Source: an uncultured Clostridia bacterium
GTDB taxonomy: Bacteria > Bacillota > Clostridia > Christensenellales > UBA1242
DNA: 64,000 nt
Direction: 5' to 3'
Assembly (NCBI GenBank): GCA_944351415.1
Contig: CALVPQ010000001.1
Coordinates: forward strand, 13,540-77,539
The position numbers and the translations under genes are program-made. Within the stretch, counting starts at the first letter, position 1. Each line of letters starts with the position of its first letter. Shown here piece by piece: positions 37,106 through 46,397 of this stretch. The notes under the pieces were generated by a model, which saw only the letters and a program-made list of their open reading frames with translations, did not search any database and was not told the DNA's origin.

Positions 37106-37456
37106 TTATTTGTTGTCTGCAGATTTGATTTTTGCAGCTTTTCCAGTGAGTTCTCTTACGTAGTAAAGTTTTGCTCTTCTTGGTTTACCCTTTCGAACAA
37201 CTTCAATACTTGCAACAAGTGGTGAATGAAGTGGGAATGTTCTTTCAACACCAACACCATTAGAGATTTTTCTAACAGTGAAGCTTTCTCTTGAACCACC
37301 ATTTTTTCGAGCAATAACTACACCTTCATAACCCTGGATTCTTTCTTTGTCTCCTTCCTTGATTTTAACACCAACTCTAACAGTGTCGCCGATATTAAAT
37401 TCAGGAACTGACTCTTTCATATTTTCCTTTTCAATTTGGTCAATAATGTTAGCCAT
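37106..37456 (-). CDS. rplS: 50S ribosomal protein L19
   Basis: 116 aa; FNIGDTVRV...[16 protein letters not shown]...TFTVRK. Confidence 0.95.
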   Translation of the reverse strand: MANIIDQIEKENMKESVPEFNIGDTVRVGVKIKEGDKERIQGYEGVVIARKNGGSRESFTVRKISNGVGVERTFPLHSPLVASIEVVRKGKPRRAKLYYVRELTGKAAKIKSADNK

Positions 37457-37517
37457 TGTTTTTCTCCTTTTAATAAAATTTTATAATGTGCCTAGCCAGC
37501 ACAAGGTTTTGTGAGAT

Positions 37518-37712
37518 TTAGCCTCTCTTTCTTGCACGTTTGCGAGCGGCTTCTCTTTTCATTTTCTTAGCAACACTTGGCTTATAGTAAGCTTCTTTTC
37601 TTCTAATATCGCCGATAATTCCGTCTTTTTGGCATTTTCTTTTAAATTTCTTTAAAGCACTTTCAAGACTTTCATTTTCGCCTACTTTAACAGTTGTCAA
37701 ATTTCTCACCAC
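37518..37712 (-). CDS. rpsU: 30S ribosomal protein S21
   Basis: 64 aa; ENESLESALKKFKRKC...YYKPSVAKKMK. Confidence 0.9.
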   Translation of the reverse strand: MVRNLTTVKVGENESLESALKKFKRKCQKDGIIGDIRRKEAYYKPSVAKKMKREAARKRARKRG

Positions 37713-37793
37713 CTTCTAATTTTAAAGTTCCTTACTATTATATAAATTTAATAGTCTATTGTCAAGAATTTTTGAAAAATAATTTTTTGTTTT

Positions 37794-39095
37794 TTAATCT
37801 TTTATAGCCTTTATTTTTGCTTTTACACCATCTTTAAAAGGCTGTTTAAATTTTACTGAAACAATCCTATCTATTAGATTGCCATAACTTTTAATTGCAT
37901 TATTATCTTCTATATAACATCTTATATAATTTTCTGTGTAGCCTGTGTAGAAACCATCTACTTTTTCTTCAATAAGCACTTTTCCTTCTTTATTCTTTCT
38001 TATAAAATCTGCCTTTAATTTGTTATTAAGTTCATTTAATCTTTCATAACGATTTTGCTTTATTTGTGGTGGCAAGTCTTTATAAAGTTTTGCAGCCACC
38101 GTGCCTTCTCTCTTTGAATATTGAAAGATATGTAGTTGAGAAAAGCCCACTTCTTTGGCAAAATTATAAGTTTCTATAAATTCTTCTTCACTTTCATTAG
38201 GAAAGCCAACAATTATATCAGTTGTGATTCCTGCAAGCGGAAAATATTTCCTTATCAGGGCAACTGATGCTTTAAACTCTTCGGCACTATAATGACGATT
38301 CATTCTTTTTAACACACTATTTGAGCCACTTTGAAGTGAAAGGTGAAAATGTGGGCAAAAGTTATTTAGTTTGCTCAAGCCCTGCACAAAATCTTCACTA
38401 ACTAAACTTTCTTCCATTGAAGAAAGGCGAAGCCGTTTACCGAAGCTGTCAAGTTCTTCAAGCAGTGTGAGTAGTGACGGCTTATCATCTATTTTATAAT
38501 CAGTTACATTGATACCTGTGAGAACTATCTCCTTTATATCGTCACTGAGCGAAGAGACTTCATTTATAATTGAGAATATACCACGAGACCTGCTTCTTCC
38601 CCTTAAATATGGTATTATACAGTATGAACAAAAATTGTTACACCCATCTTGCACCTTTATATAGGCTCGAGTGCGCGACTGTTTTGCAAAAAGGTCGTCC
38701 TCATAATCTTTTGGAAGTTTTGTAAGTCTTACTTGATTTTTTAATTTCCTTTTATCACCGTTTGCAAGCTTGGTGATATAATCAGATATTTTAATTTTCC
38801 CTGCAGTGCCAAAAACATAGTTTACACCTTTTTCAATAAACTGTTGGCTGTTCTTCTGACTTGCACAACCACAAACAAAAAACTTAGCTTGTGGATTAAA
38901 CCTTCTGCAACGAGCTATCATCTGACGTGATTTTTTCTCAGCTTCACTTGTTACAGCACAAGTATTTATAACATAAATATCGGCAGGCTCTAGTTTTTCT
39001 GTCGTTTCATATCCTTTAAGGGATAAATTATAAATAAGTGCATCACTTTCGTATTTATTGACCTTGCACCCGAGCGTCATAACACATATTTTCAT
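37794..39095 (-). CDS. mtaB: tRNA methylthiotransferase MtaB (radical SAM, MiaB-like)
   Basis: N-terminal TLGCKVNKYESDAL and radical-SAM CNNFCSYC. It neighbours rpsU, as in Bacillus. Confidence 0.85.
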   Translation of the reverse strand: MKICVMTLGCKVNKYESDALIYNLSLKGYETTEKLEPADIYVINTCAVTSEAEKKSRQMIARCRRFNPQAKFFVCGCASQKNSQQFIEKGVNYVFGTAGKIKISDYITKLANGDKRKLKNQVRLTKLPKDYEDDLFAKQSRTRAYIKVQDGCNNFCSYCIIPYLRGRSRSRGIFSIINEVSSLSDDIKEIVLTGINVTDYKIDDKPSLLTLLEELDSFGKRLRLSSMEESLVSEDFVQGLSKLNNFCPHFHLSLQSGSNSVLKRMNRHYSAEEFKASVALIRKYFPLAGITTDIIVGFPNESEEEFIETYNFAKEVGFSQLHIFQYSKREGTVAAKLYKDLPPQIKQNRYERLNELNNKLKADFIRKNKEGKVLIEEKVDGFYTGYTENYIRCYIEDNNAIKSYGNLIDRIVSVKFKQPFKDGVKAKIKAIKD

Positions 39096-39208
39096 AGCGG
39101 AAATAGTTTAGCAAAAATTATTAGAAAAAGCAACAATAAAATGATTTTATAATAAATTCAACATTTTTCTTATTCTTTATGCTATAATTATCTTGTAAAG
39201 GCTATAAA

Positions 39209-39571
39209 ATGAAAAGTTATCATGATATTTTACAAGATTTGAAAAAATCAACTTTTAGAAGTAAATTTAAACTTAAAGAAAAGGATTTTGATTATATAAA
39301 ACAAAAAGGGCTTGACACAATAAAAAGTCATGCCTATGACTTTATTAAAAAGCGACTTGCACCTGAAAAAATTTTAAATGATGGAAAGCAAACACCTATG
39401 AAGGGACACCCTGTTTTTATTGCCCAGCATGCTACGGCTACTTGCTGTCGTGGCTGTCTTGAAAAATGGCATCATATTCCACAAAATAAAAAGTTAAATG
39501 AAAATGAAATAAATTTTATCGTAGAGCTTATTATCACTTGGATTGAAGAGCAAATCAAATATATAAAATAA
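39209..39571 (+). CDS. DUF4186-family protein
   Basis: HPVFIAQHATATCCRGCLEKWH is the signature I associate with DUF4186. Confidence 0.65.
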   Translation: MKSYHDILQDLKKSTFRSKFKLKEKDFDYIKQKGLDTIKSHAYDFIKKRLAPEKILNDGKQTPMKGHPVFIAQHATATCCRGCLEKWHHIPQNKKLNENEINFIVELIITWIEEQIKYIK

Positions 39572-39594
39572 AACAATATTTATAAATTAACTTA

Positions 39595-39748
39595 GTGCGG
39601 GAGATATAATAGGATTTTTATGTGAAGTTTGTGCGTGAAATAAAAGGCGAAAAACATTTTTGTTTTTCAAATAAAAACAAAAAAAAGCATTTTTTCTAAA
39701 AAAATGCTTTAAAAAAATGCGAGAAATCGCATTTTTTTGTTTTTCGCC
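39595..39748. repeat. Intergenic nested-hairpin repeat, copy c (with GTGCGGGAG 5' module)
   Basis: GTGCGGGAG at 39595 and TGTGCGTG at 39630. Arms ggcgaaaaaca (39646..39656) and tgtttttcgcc (39738..39748) enclose three A/T-loop hairpins. Confidence 0.7.
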
Positions 39749-39791
39749 AGTTATATTAAAATATTTCAATTAATTGTTACTCTTATGCCAA

Positions 39792-41741
39792 TTAAATATC
39801 TTCAGCAAGGAACATTCTTTTAAACTTTTCATTTTTATTAAATAGTTCTTCAAAAGTTCCGCTATCTATAATTTCTCCTTCATCTAAAAAATATATCTTA
39901 TCAACATTTTTTATTGTTGAAAGTCTATGAGCAACTATAACAATAGTGCTTGAGCCTTTCATATTATCAATACTTTGCTTGATATGTTCTTGAGCTAAAT
40001 TATCAAGTGAGCTTGTGCTTTCATCGAAGAGTATAATACTTGATTTTCTTAGCATAGCTCTTGCTATAGCAAGACGTTGACGTTGCCCACCTGAAAGCTT
40101 AATTCCACTTTCTCCGACAATTGTTTCTATTCCCCCTGGGAGAGTATCTATAAATTCTTTTAAATAAGATTTTTCAATAGCATCTTCAAGTTCTTTATCT
40201 GTTGCATCGGCTTTTGCAAGCAATAAATTTTCTTTTATTGACATATCAAAGATATAAGGAAATTGGTTGACAAGTGAGATATTTTTTCTAAGAGTTTCTT
40301 TTGAAAGTTCATTGATATTAACACCATCAATTAAAACCTGTCCACTATCAACTTCAAACATCTTAGACATTAAACTTAATATTGTTGATTTGCCACTGCC
40401 TGATTTCCCCACAAAAGCAACTGTGGTGTCTGGCTCTATAGTGAAAGATAAGTTTTGAAATACATTTTTATTTTTTATTGTTTCACTTTTATCTTCAACT
40501 TTATTTAAGTCGTCTTTATCTTTAAGTTTATCTGTATAGCCATAGGCAACATTTTTAAATTCTATTTTACCTTCAACATTATCAAGATTAATATTCCCAA
40601 ATTCTTCTACTGAAAATTTATTATTATCAAAAAGGTCAAATATTCGCTGTCCGTAGATTGTTACGTCATTTTTTATATCTAACATTGCACTTGTTTGCAT
40701 GATAAAGTTATTAAAACTTCCCCTATTAGAATATATAATCATATATGATGCAAAAACTAAAAGTCCTCTTTCAAGAAGCACAACTCCTAGGATAATTGCC
40801 CCCATTGACGCTAAAATATAGATTAAGTTTCGCAATTGATTTAAAGATTGGTTTTGCATTGAACGTTTATAATTGAAGTTATTATAATCATCATAATAAT
40901 TCTCGGTTGTAACTTTAAGTTTTTCTTCTAGTCCAAGCGATTTTACATCGCGTTCACTTTTAACTATCTCTGTTGTTAATGAATTTATTTTATCATATTT
41001 TTTATTTGAAATTTTAATATTTTTTCCACGCAATTTAAGTCTATATTTTTCAACAATAAAGTTAGCTATCATTCCAGCAATAAGAATTAAGCCAACAATA
41101 TAATTTATTGTTATTATATAGATAGAAATTATAAGTGCCCTTACAGCTCCACCAAAGAAATCAACTACACTTACAAGTTGATTTATCATTCTATTAGGGT
41201 CATTTACAATTCTTTGAACAAAGGTCCCTGTGTTGTTATTTGAATATGTGCTTGCCGAAAATTTGAAAGCTTGATATGCAAGGTCATTATTGAGTTGTGA
41301 AATTATTTTAGTTGAAAACCTAAGATATATTGTGTTTAAAATAAAAGTTAATAATCTTTCAAGAACAAATAATGATAAAACTATTACAAATTCTATTATT
41401 GCTTTTTCAAAAAGTCTGCTTGCTTCTTCCCCTGATGCAGATATTGCCTCAGTGACATCTGCAATTGCATTTGCAGCAATAATTGTATAGAATATACCGG
41501 TAACAATCATCACAATAGTGAAAAATGCATAAAGAAAAATATGTAGTTTATAATTTTTGAGGTAGTGCCATAGCGATGGGATATTGTTTTCCTTTCTATA
41601 TTCTCTTCTCTCTTTCCAAGACATTTTTTGCTGTTTGTTCTTTAATTTTTCTTCTTTTTTTGCTGTTTTTTGCGATTTTTTATCTATTTCTGAGCTTTCT
41701 TCGTTCTTATTTTTAAAATTTTTTTCTTTTTCATTTTTCAT
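39792..41741 (-). CDS. ABC exporter, fused permease/ATPase (MsbA-like)
   Basis: GGGGGTG RBS. Six-TM N-terminal half, Walker A GKSGSGKST, signature LSGGQRQR, Walker B IILFDEST. Confidence 0.9.
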   Translation of the reverse strand: MKNEKEKNFKNKNEESSEIDKKSQKTAKKEEKLKNKQQKMSWKERREYRKENNIPSLWHYLKNYKLHIFLYAFFTIVMIVTGIFYTIIAANAIADVTEAISASGEEASRLFEKAIIEFVIVLSLFVLERLLTFILNTIYLRFSTKIISQLNNDLAYQAFKFSASTYSNNNTGTFVQRIVNDPNRMINQLVSVVDFFGGAVRALIISIYIITINYIVGLILIAGMIANFIVEKYRLKLRGKNIKISNKKYDKINSLTTEIVKSERDVKSLGLEEKLKVTTENYYDDYNNFNYKRSMQNQSLNQLRNLIYILASMGAIILGVVLLERGLLVFASYMIIYSNRGSFNNFIMQTSAMLDIKNDVTIYGQRIFDLFDNNKFSVEEFGNINLDNVEGKIEFKNVAYGYTDKLKDKDDLNKVEDKSETIKNKNVFQNLSFTIEPDTTVAFVGKSGSGKSTILSLMSKMFEVDSGQVLIDGVNINELSKETLRKNISLVNQFPYIFDMSIKENLLLAKADATDKELEDAIEKSYLKEFIDTLPGGIETIVGESGIKLSGGQRQRLAIARAMLRKSSIILFDESTSSLDNLAQEHIKQSIDNMKGSSTIVIVAHRLSTIKNVDKIYFLDEGEIIDSGTFEELFNKNEKFKRMFLAEDI

Positions 41742-41841
41742 TCACACCCCCTATTGAAAAACAAAAATATTTTATCAAACAAAGAGGGGTTTGTCAATAT
41801 AGAAAAAATTAAATAACACAATATTTTTTGAATTTTATGTA

Positions 41842-41929
41842 GCGAAAAAACAAATTTAAAATTATATTTTAAATTTCAGAAAATTTTTCTTCTGAAGCGA
41901 ATTTTTTTTAAAATTCGCTGTTTTTTCGC
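41842..41929. repeat. Intergenic nested-hairpin repeat, copy g
   Basis: Arms gcgaaaaaaca and tgttttttcgc. Inner hairpins are cagaa...ttctg and gcgaattttt...aaaattcgc. Confidence 0.65.
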
Positions 41930-41953
41930 CACCCTTTATATATTCGTAATAGG

Positions 41954-42625
41954 TTAAGCACCAATTTCGCTTGTAGAATCTTCGCTGGCTGACTCTACAA
42001 TTAATAATTTTTGTCCTGAAACTTCATAAGCTATTCTTTCTTCAAAAACACCACTACTTACTTCTTTTTTATAAACTCTTGATTGTATTCTTCCAACCAA
42101 ATTCACCTTTGTTCCTATTTTTTGATTTTGCATAAGACATGCATTTCTTCCCCATAAAATACATGGCAGATAATCAGATTTATTAAAATTAAGTCTATTA
42201 ACAGCAATAAGCACATCACAAATCTGTCTATTAAAAGGTGTTATGCGAAAAGTTGGGGCTTTGCAAATATACCCCACAAGTTGTAAGAGATTTGTGTTGT
42301 TCTCAGGCAAATTTTTTATTTCTAAAACTTCTTTGACAAAGAAAGAAAGTATAAGTCTGCTTTTCCCATCAACAACCTTATTGTATGAACGTAGCTCTCC
42401 GCCAAAAGCAAGTTCTTCACCCTTTTGTAGAGATAATTTGAATGCTTTGATAAGTTTCTCTGAAATGGTGAAAGGGAGAATGTCGACTGTATCTGATAAT
42501 CTTTCAACTTCAAGTTTGCCTTCATAAAATTTTTCATCTTCAATTTCAAATTTTCCGTCTATTGACACAAGTTTTCCAGCAATTTGACCATAGTTATTTG
42601 ACTTTAATGCTATTGTATTATTCAT
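41954..42625 (-). CDS. SSB-like protein with two tandem OB-fold halves and no acidic C-terminal tip
   Basis: The C-terminal half LVGYICKAPTFRITPFNRQICDVLIAVNR...DYLPCILWGRNA...GTKVNLVGRIQSRVY resembles the SSB OB fold. The N-terminal half has a similar beta-rich pattern. Confidence 0.5.
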   Translation of the reverse strand: MNNTIALKSNNYGQIAGKLVSIDGKFEIEDEKFYEGKLEVERLSDTVDILPFTISEKLIKAFKLSLQKGEELAFGGELRSYNKVVDGKSRLILSFFVKEVLEIKNLPENNTNLLQLVGYICKAPTFRITPFNRQICDVLIAVNRLNFNKSDYLPCILWGRNACLMQNQKIGTKVNLVGRIQSRVYKKEVSSGVFEERIAYEVSGQKLLIVESASEDSTSEIGA

Positions 42626-42637
42626 AATTTTCTCCTT

Positions 42638-43402
42638 TTAATTTTTATGTTGTTCGCCATTTGCATCTATTGTAAAAGCCTCGCTATAGATAAGCTGCCC
42701 AACACTTGTTACCTTATAACCTTTCATTGTGAGCCAATCAAGAGTAAGTCTTAGTGCATCGCATACATTTTCTGCATTGTTATGCATGAGAATTATTGAA
42801 CCATTTTGAACTTTCTTCATAACTCTATCTGTGACTTGACTTGCTGAAAGCCCTTTCCAATCAAGAGTATCTACGTCCCACTGAACAGCTTGAAGCCCTA
42901 GTTCTTCGCAGGCATTTATGAGAGTATTATTGTATGAACCATAAGGTGGTCTGAACACTTTAATTTCCTTGCCTGTGATTGCTGTTATTTTTGAAATTGA
43001 CGTTTCAAGCTCACTTATAATAGTGGCTTTATCAAGTTTTACCATGTCTGGGTGTGTGTTTGAATGAGTGCCTATCTCAAAACCTGCTTCGTCTATTGCT
43101 TTTACCATTTCAGGATAATCATCAACCCAAAAACCCACTAAGAAGAAAGTTGCTGTGACATTATACTCTTTCAATATATCAATTATGCCTTGTGTTTTGT
43201 CGGCACCCCAAGCAGCATCAAAAGAAATTGCAACTTGTTTTTCTGGGGTGTCAACTCGGTATATAGGCACAAGTCTTGATGACGTGCCAAACCAAACTTG
43301 AGCAGCCGAGCCACCTTCAAAAGAGATACAGAGCAAAACCACGACAGCAAGCATAGCTAAAATAATTTTAATGGTTCTTTTTTTGATTACACAAAATGGC
43401 AT
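42638..43402 (-). CDS. Polysaccharide deacetylase (NodB/PdaA-like), membrane-anchored
   Basis: N-terminal TM helix, then ISFDAAWG, HSNTHPDM, FRPPYG and ILMHN NodB-type motifs. Confidence 0.8.
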   Translation of the reverse strand: MPFCVIKKRTIKIILAMLAVVVLLCISFEGGSAAQVWFGTSSRLVPIYRVDTPEKQVAISFDAAWGADKTQGIIDILKEYNVTATFFLVGFWVDDYPEMVKAIDEAGFEIGTHSNTHPDMVKLDKATIISELETSISKITAITGKEIKVFRPPYGSYNNTLINACEELGLQAVQWDVDTLDWKGLSASQVTDRVMKKVQNGSIILMHNNAENVCDALRLTLDWLTMKGYKVTSVGQLIYSEAFTIDANGEQHKN

Positions 43403-43832
43403 TGCAAACCTCGCTTTTAATAATAAAATATCTTTTCAAAATATCAAATTAGAAATTTGTTTGAAAATGTTGGAAAATTGTTAAAAATGTCGAAATTTGA
43501 AAACTTTAAAAACATTATTATTTTTAAGATTTCTTTTATACACTTCTAGTATATTTGTCTATATTATTAAATATGAATTTTTTATCAAATTTTTTGATAA
43601 ATAAAAATATGGAAGAAAATAACTATCACATAAAATTAATTTAAAATTCAATAAATGGATTATTAAATGAAAAAGTTTATAAAAAAAAACAAATACAGAC
43701 TTTGTATTTGTTTTTAATATTAAAATTAAATATATTTATTGATACATAATAAAAATGTATATAGAAATTTTATTTATAAAAAAACAGAAAATAAGATTGC
43801 TAGTATTTAAAATTATTTTTATAAAGACAAAA

Positions 43833-46313
43833 TTATATCATTTTATTGATTGTAAAGAAATTCTTTTTGATTATTTCATTGCCAGTTGCAAGTCTTTCTG
43901 TTTCCGGCAATTTCTTTGTGTCTAGTGGCAGAATTTTTAAACCAAAGTCAACTGCAAGTATAGCATTGTTTGTGACGTCACAAGCATAGAATACATTTTG
44001 GCAATTTTTCGCAAAGGTTATATATTTAAGCCCTTTACGATAACGTTGAGCTATTGGAAATTCTTTTACTGGGATTTTCTTTATATAGCCATTATCAGTG
44101 ACTACAATAATATGAGAAAAGTCAACTTGTTTTGCAAAGATAACACTGTCCCCATCGTCAAGGTTTATTCCCTTCACACCACCAGAAATACGCCCTTGTG
44201 TTGGAATATCCACCTTATCAAAGTTGAGTGACATACCCTTTCTTGTAAGCATAAGGATAGATTTGCCATTTTTATCTATTTCAACATTCTTTACTTCATC
44301 ACCATCATTTAGTTTGCAAACTTGATAGAAAGACTTATTAACTATAAGCTCTTTTGCTTCGCTCTTTTTAACCATGCCATATTTTGTCATGAATAGAATT
44401 GAGCCTTCTTGAGTTGCCTTCATTATCTTGACAGGCACTTCATTCAATACAACTGATTTATCTATTGATAAAAGTGACACACCTTTATCTCTCCACTTAC
44501 ATTCTTTGATTTGTGAAACTGTGGTCTTGATGGCATTACCATGACTGGTGAATATAAGTATTGTGTCGCCACCTGCCAAATTTTCAATTTGTATTGGAAC
44601 GTCATTAATTGTTGAATTATCAGTTAAATTCTTTTGTGACATTGAATAATTTTTTGCTGTTACTTTCTTTATTGTGTTGCCTGCTGTGATTGCCACAACA
44701 TAATCCTTATCATTATCTTCGCTATCTTCGGCTATTGTTTGCAATACAATTTCAGCATCGCTTGTGATTTGTGAGCGACGTGGGTTATTAAAGTTTTTCT
44801 TTATCTCTGTAAGCTCTTTTTTAACCACATCAAATTGAAGTTTTTTAGAAGAAAGTATTTCTTCATACTCTGCTATTCTTCGCTTAAGCTCTGCTAGTTC
44901 TTCTTCAAGTTTAGTTACTTCAAGGTGAACTAGCCTTGCAAGACGCATATCAAGTATAGCCTGGGCTTGACGTTCTGAAAGATTAAACTTATCTCTTAAT
45001 CTTTGCTTTGCCTCTGTTGTGGTTGAAGATTTTTTTATTATCTTTATAACTTCATCAATATTTTTTATCGCTATAAGTAAACCCTCAACAATATGTGCCC
45101 GTTCTTTGGCAATATTAAGGTCATATTTTGTTCGTCTTACAATAACTTCTCTTTGATACTGTGCATAATATGAAACTATTTCAAGCAAATTAAGTTGTTT
45201 TGGCTTTCCACCTGCGATGGCAACCATATTTATACCATAAGAAATCTGCAAGTTAGTTGCTTTAAAGAGAAGTTCGAGAACTTTCTTTGGATTTGCTTCT
45301 TTTTTTAGCCTTATCACGGCACGCATACCCGTTCTATCAGATTCATCTCTAATTTCAGTAATCGCCGAGTATTTTTCTTTGTTTTGTTCTTTAAGTTCAG
45401 CAATTTTCTGAAGAAGTTGAGCTTTGTTAACTTGATATGGAAGCTCAGTTATAATAAGGCTACATTTATCTCCAGTTTTTTCAACTGACACCTTTGCCCT
45501 TATAAGAATTTTACCCTTACCAGTTTTATAGGCTTGTTCAAGCCCTCCATCGACGTCTATAATCTCACCGCCCGAAGGAAAGTCTGGGGCTTTTATAAAA
45601 CGCATAAGTTGTTCTATTTTGATATTTGGATTATTTATATAAGCCACAACACCATCTATTGCCTCTCCTAAGTTGTGTGGCGGTATATTTGTTGCAACAC
45701 CTACTGCAATACCTGTTGCGCCATTAACAAGAAGGTTTGGAAACCTGCCAGGCATCATATCTGGCTCTTTGAGTGTGTCATCAAAGTTTAAGCTCCACCT
45801 TACAGTGTCTTTTTCAAGGTCGCGCATAAGCTCCATGGCAAGTGGTGTGAGCCTTGCTTCTGTATAACGCATAGCAGCAGGACTATCACCATCAACAGAG
45901 CCGAAGTTTCCGTGCCCATCTACAAGCGGAGCTCTCATCACCCAATTCTGAGCCATACGACACATTGCATCATAAACTGAGCTATCACCGTGTGGGTGAT
46001 ATTTACCAAGGCAATCACCAACAATTCTTGCTGATTTTCTGTGAGGTTTATCTGGTGTTATGCTGAGTTCTAGCATTGAATAGAGTATCCTTCTTTGAAC
46101 TGGCTTAAGTCCATCTTCAACACGTGGCAAAGCCCTATCCATAACAACAGTTTCTGTGTATGGAATCATTGAGTCATGCAGAACTTCGCTCATGTCTTTA
46201 TAGATTATACCTGTTGTGCCGTCTGAATCTTCTGGCACAGCAACATCATCTTCTTGATTTTCATCTTGACTATCATACTGCATTTTTTCCTGTTCAAAGT
46301 TGTTATCTTGCAT
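43833..46313 (-). CDS. parC: Type IIA topoisomerase subunit A, ParC-like (GyrA not excluded)
   Basis: [20 protein letters not shown] and catalytic [11 protein letters not shown] could not find a GyrA-box (QRRGGKG-like) in the C-terminal domain. There is an acidic ~40-aa N-terminal extension. Confidence 0.7.
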   Translation of the reverse strand: MQDNNFEQEKMQYDSQDENQEDDVAVPEDSDGTTGIIYKDMSEVLHDSMIPYTETVVMDRALPRVEDGLKPVQRRILYSMLELSITPDKPHRKSARIVGDCLGKYHPHGDSSVYDAMCRMAQNWVMRAPLVDGHGNFGSVDGDSPAAMRYTEARLTPLAMELMRDLEKDTVRWSLNFDDTLKEPDMMPGRFPNLLVNGATGIAVGVATNIPPHNLGEAIDGVVAYINNPNIKIEQLMRFIKAPDFPSGGEIIDVDGGLEQAYKTGKGKILIRAKVSVEKTGDKCSLIITELPYQVNKAQLLQKIAELKEQNKEKYSAITEIRDESDRTGMRAVIRLKKEANPKKVLELLFKATNLQISYGINMVAIAGGKPKQLNLLEIVSYYAQYQREVIVRRTKYDLNIAKERAHIVEGLLIAIKNIDEVIKIIKKSSTTTEAKQRLRDKFNLSERQAQAILDMRLARLVHLEVTKLEEELAELKRRIAEYEEILSSKKLQFDVVKKELTEIKKNFNNPRRSQITSDAEIVLQTIAEDSEDNDKDYVVAITAGNTIKKVTAKNYSMSQKNLTDNSTINDVPIQIENLAGGDTILIFTSHGNAIKTTVSQIKECKWRDKGVSLLSIDKSVVLNEVPVKIMKATQEGSILFMTKYGMVKKSEAKELIVNKSFYQVCKLNDGDEVKNVEIDKNGKSILMLTRKGMSLNFDKVDIPTQGRISGGVKGINLDDGDSVIFAKQVDFSHIIVVTDNGYIKKIPVKEFPIAQRYRKGLKYITFAKNCQNVFYACDVTNNAILAVDFGLKILPLDTKKLPETERLATGNEIIKKNFFTINKMI

Positions 46314-46397
46314 AATTTCTCCTAATTATCTTCGTTTTTTGCTATTTTTTATTATAAATTTAATTAAATTCTTGCTTTTTTACCTTAAATAATATTT

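Noticed and set aside
37457-37517. Hairpin (tgtgc-tggctag-gcaca) between rpsU and rplS as an L19 leader
   Set aside because: The position is plausible, but I cannot recall the L19-leader consensus well enough to support the call. It could equally be a simple processing or attenuation hairpin.
39587-39769. 60-aa minus-strand ORF in the track
   Set aside because: It lies entirely inside nested-hairpin repeat copy c, has no RBS and has a low-complexity K/F-rich sequence. It is an artefact of the palindromic repeat.
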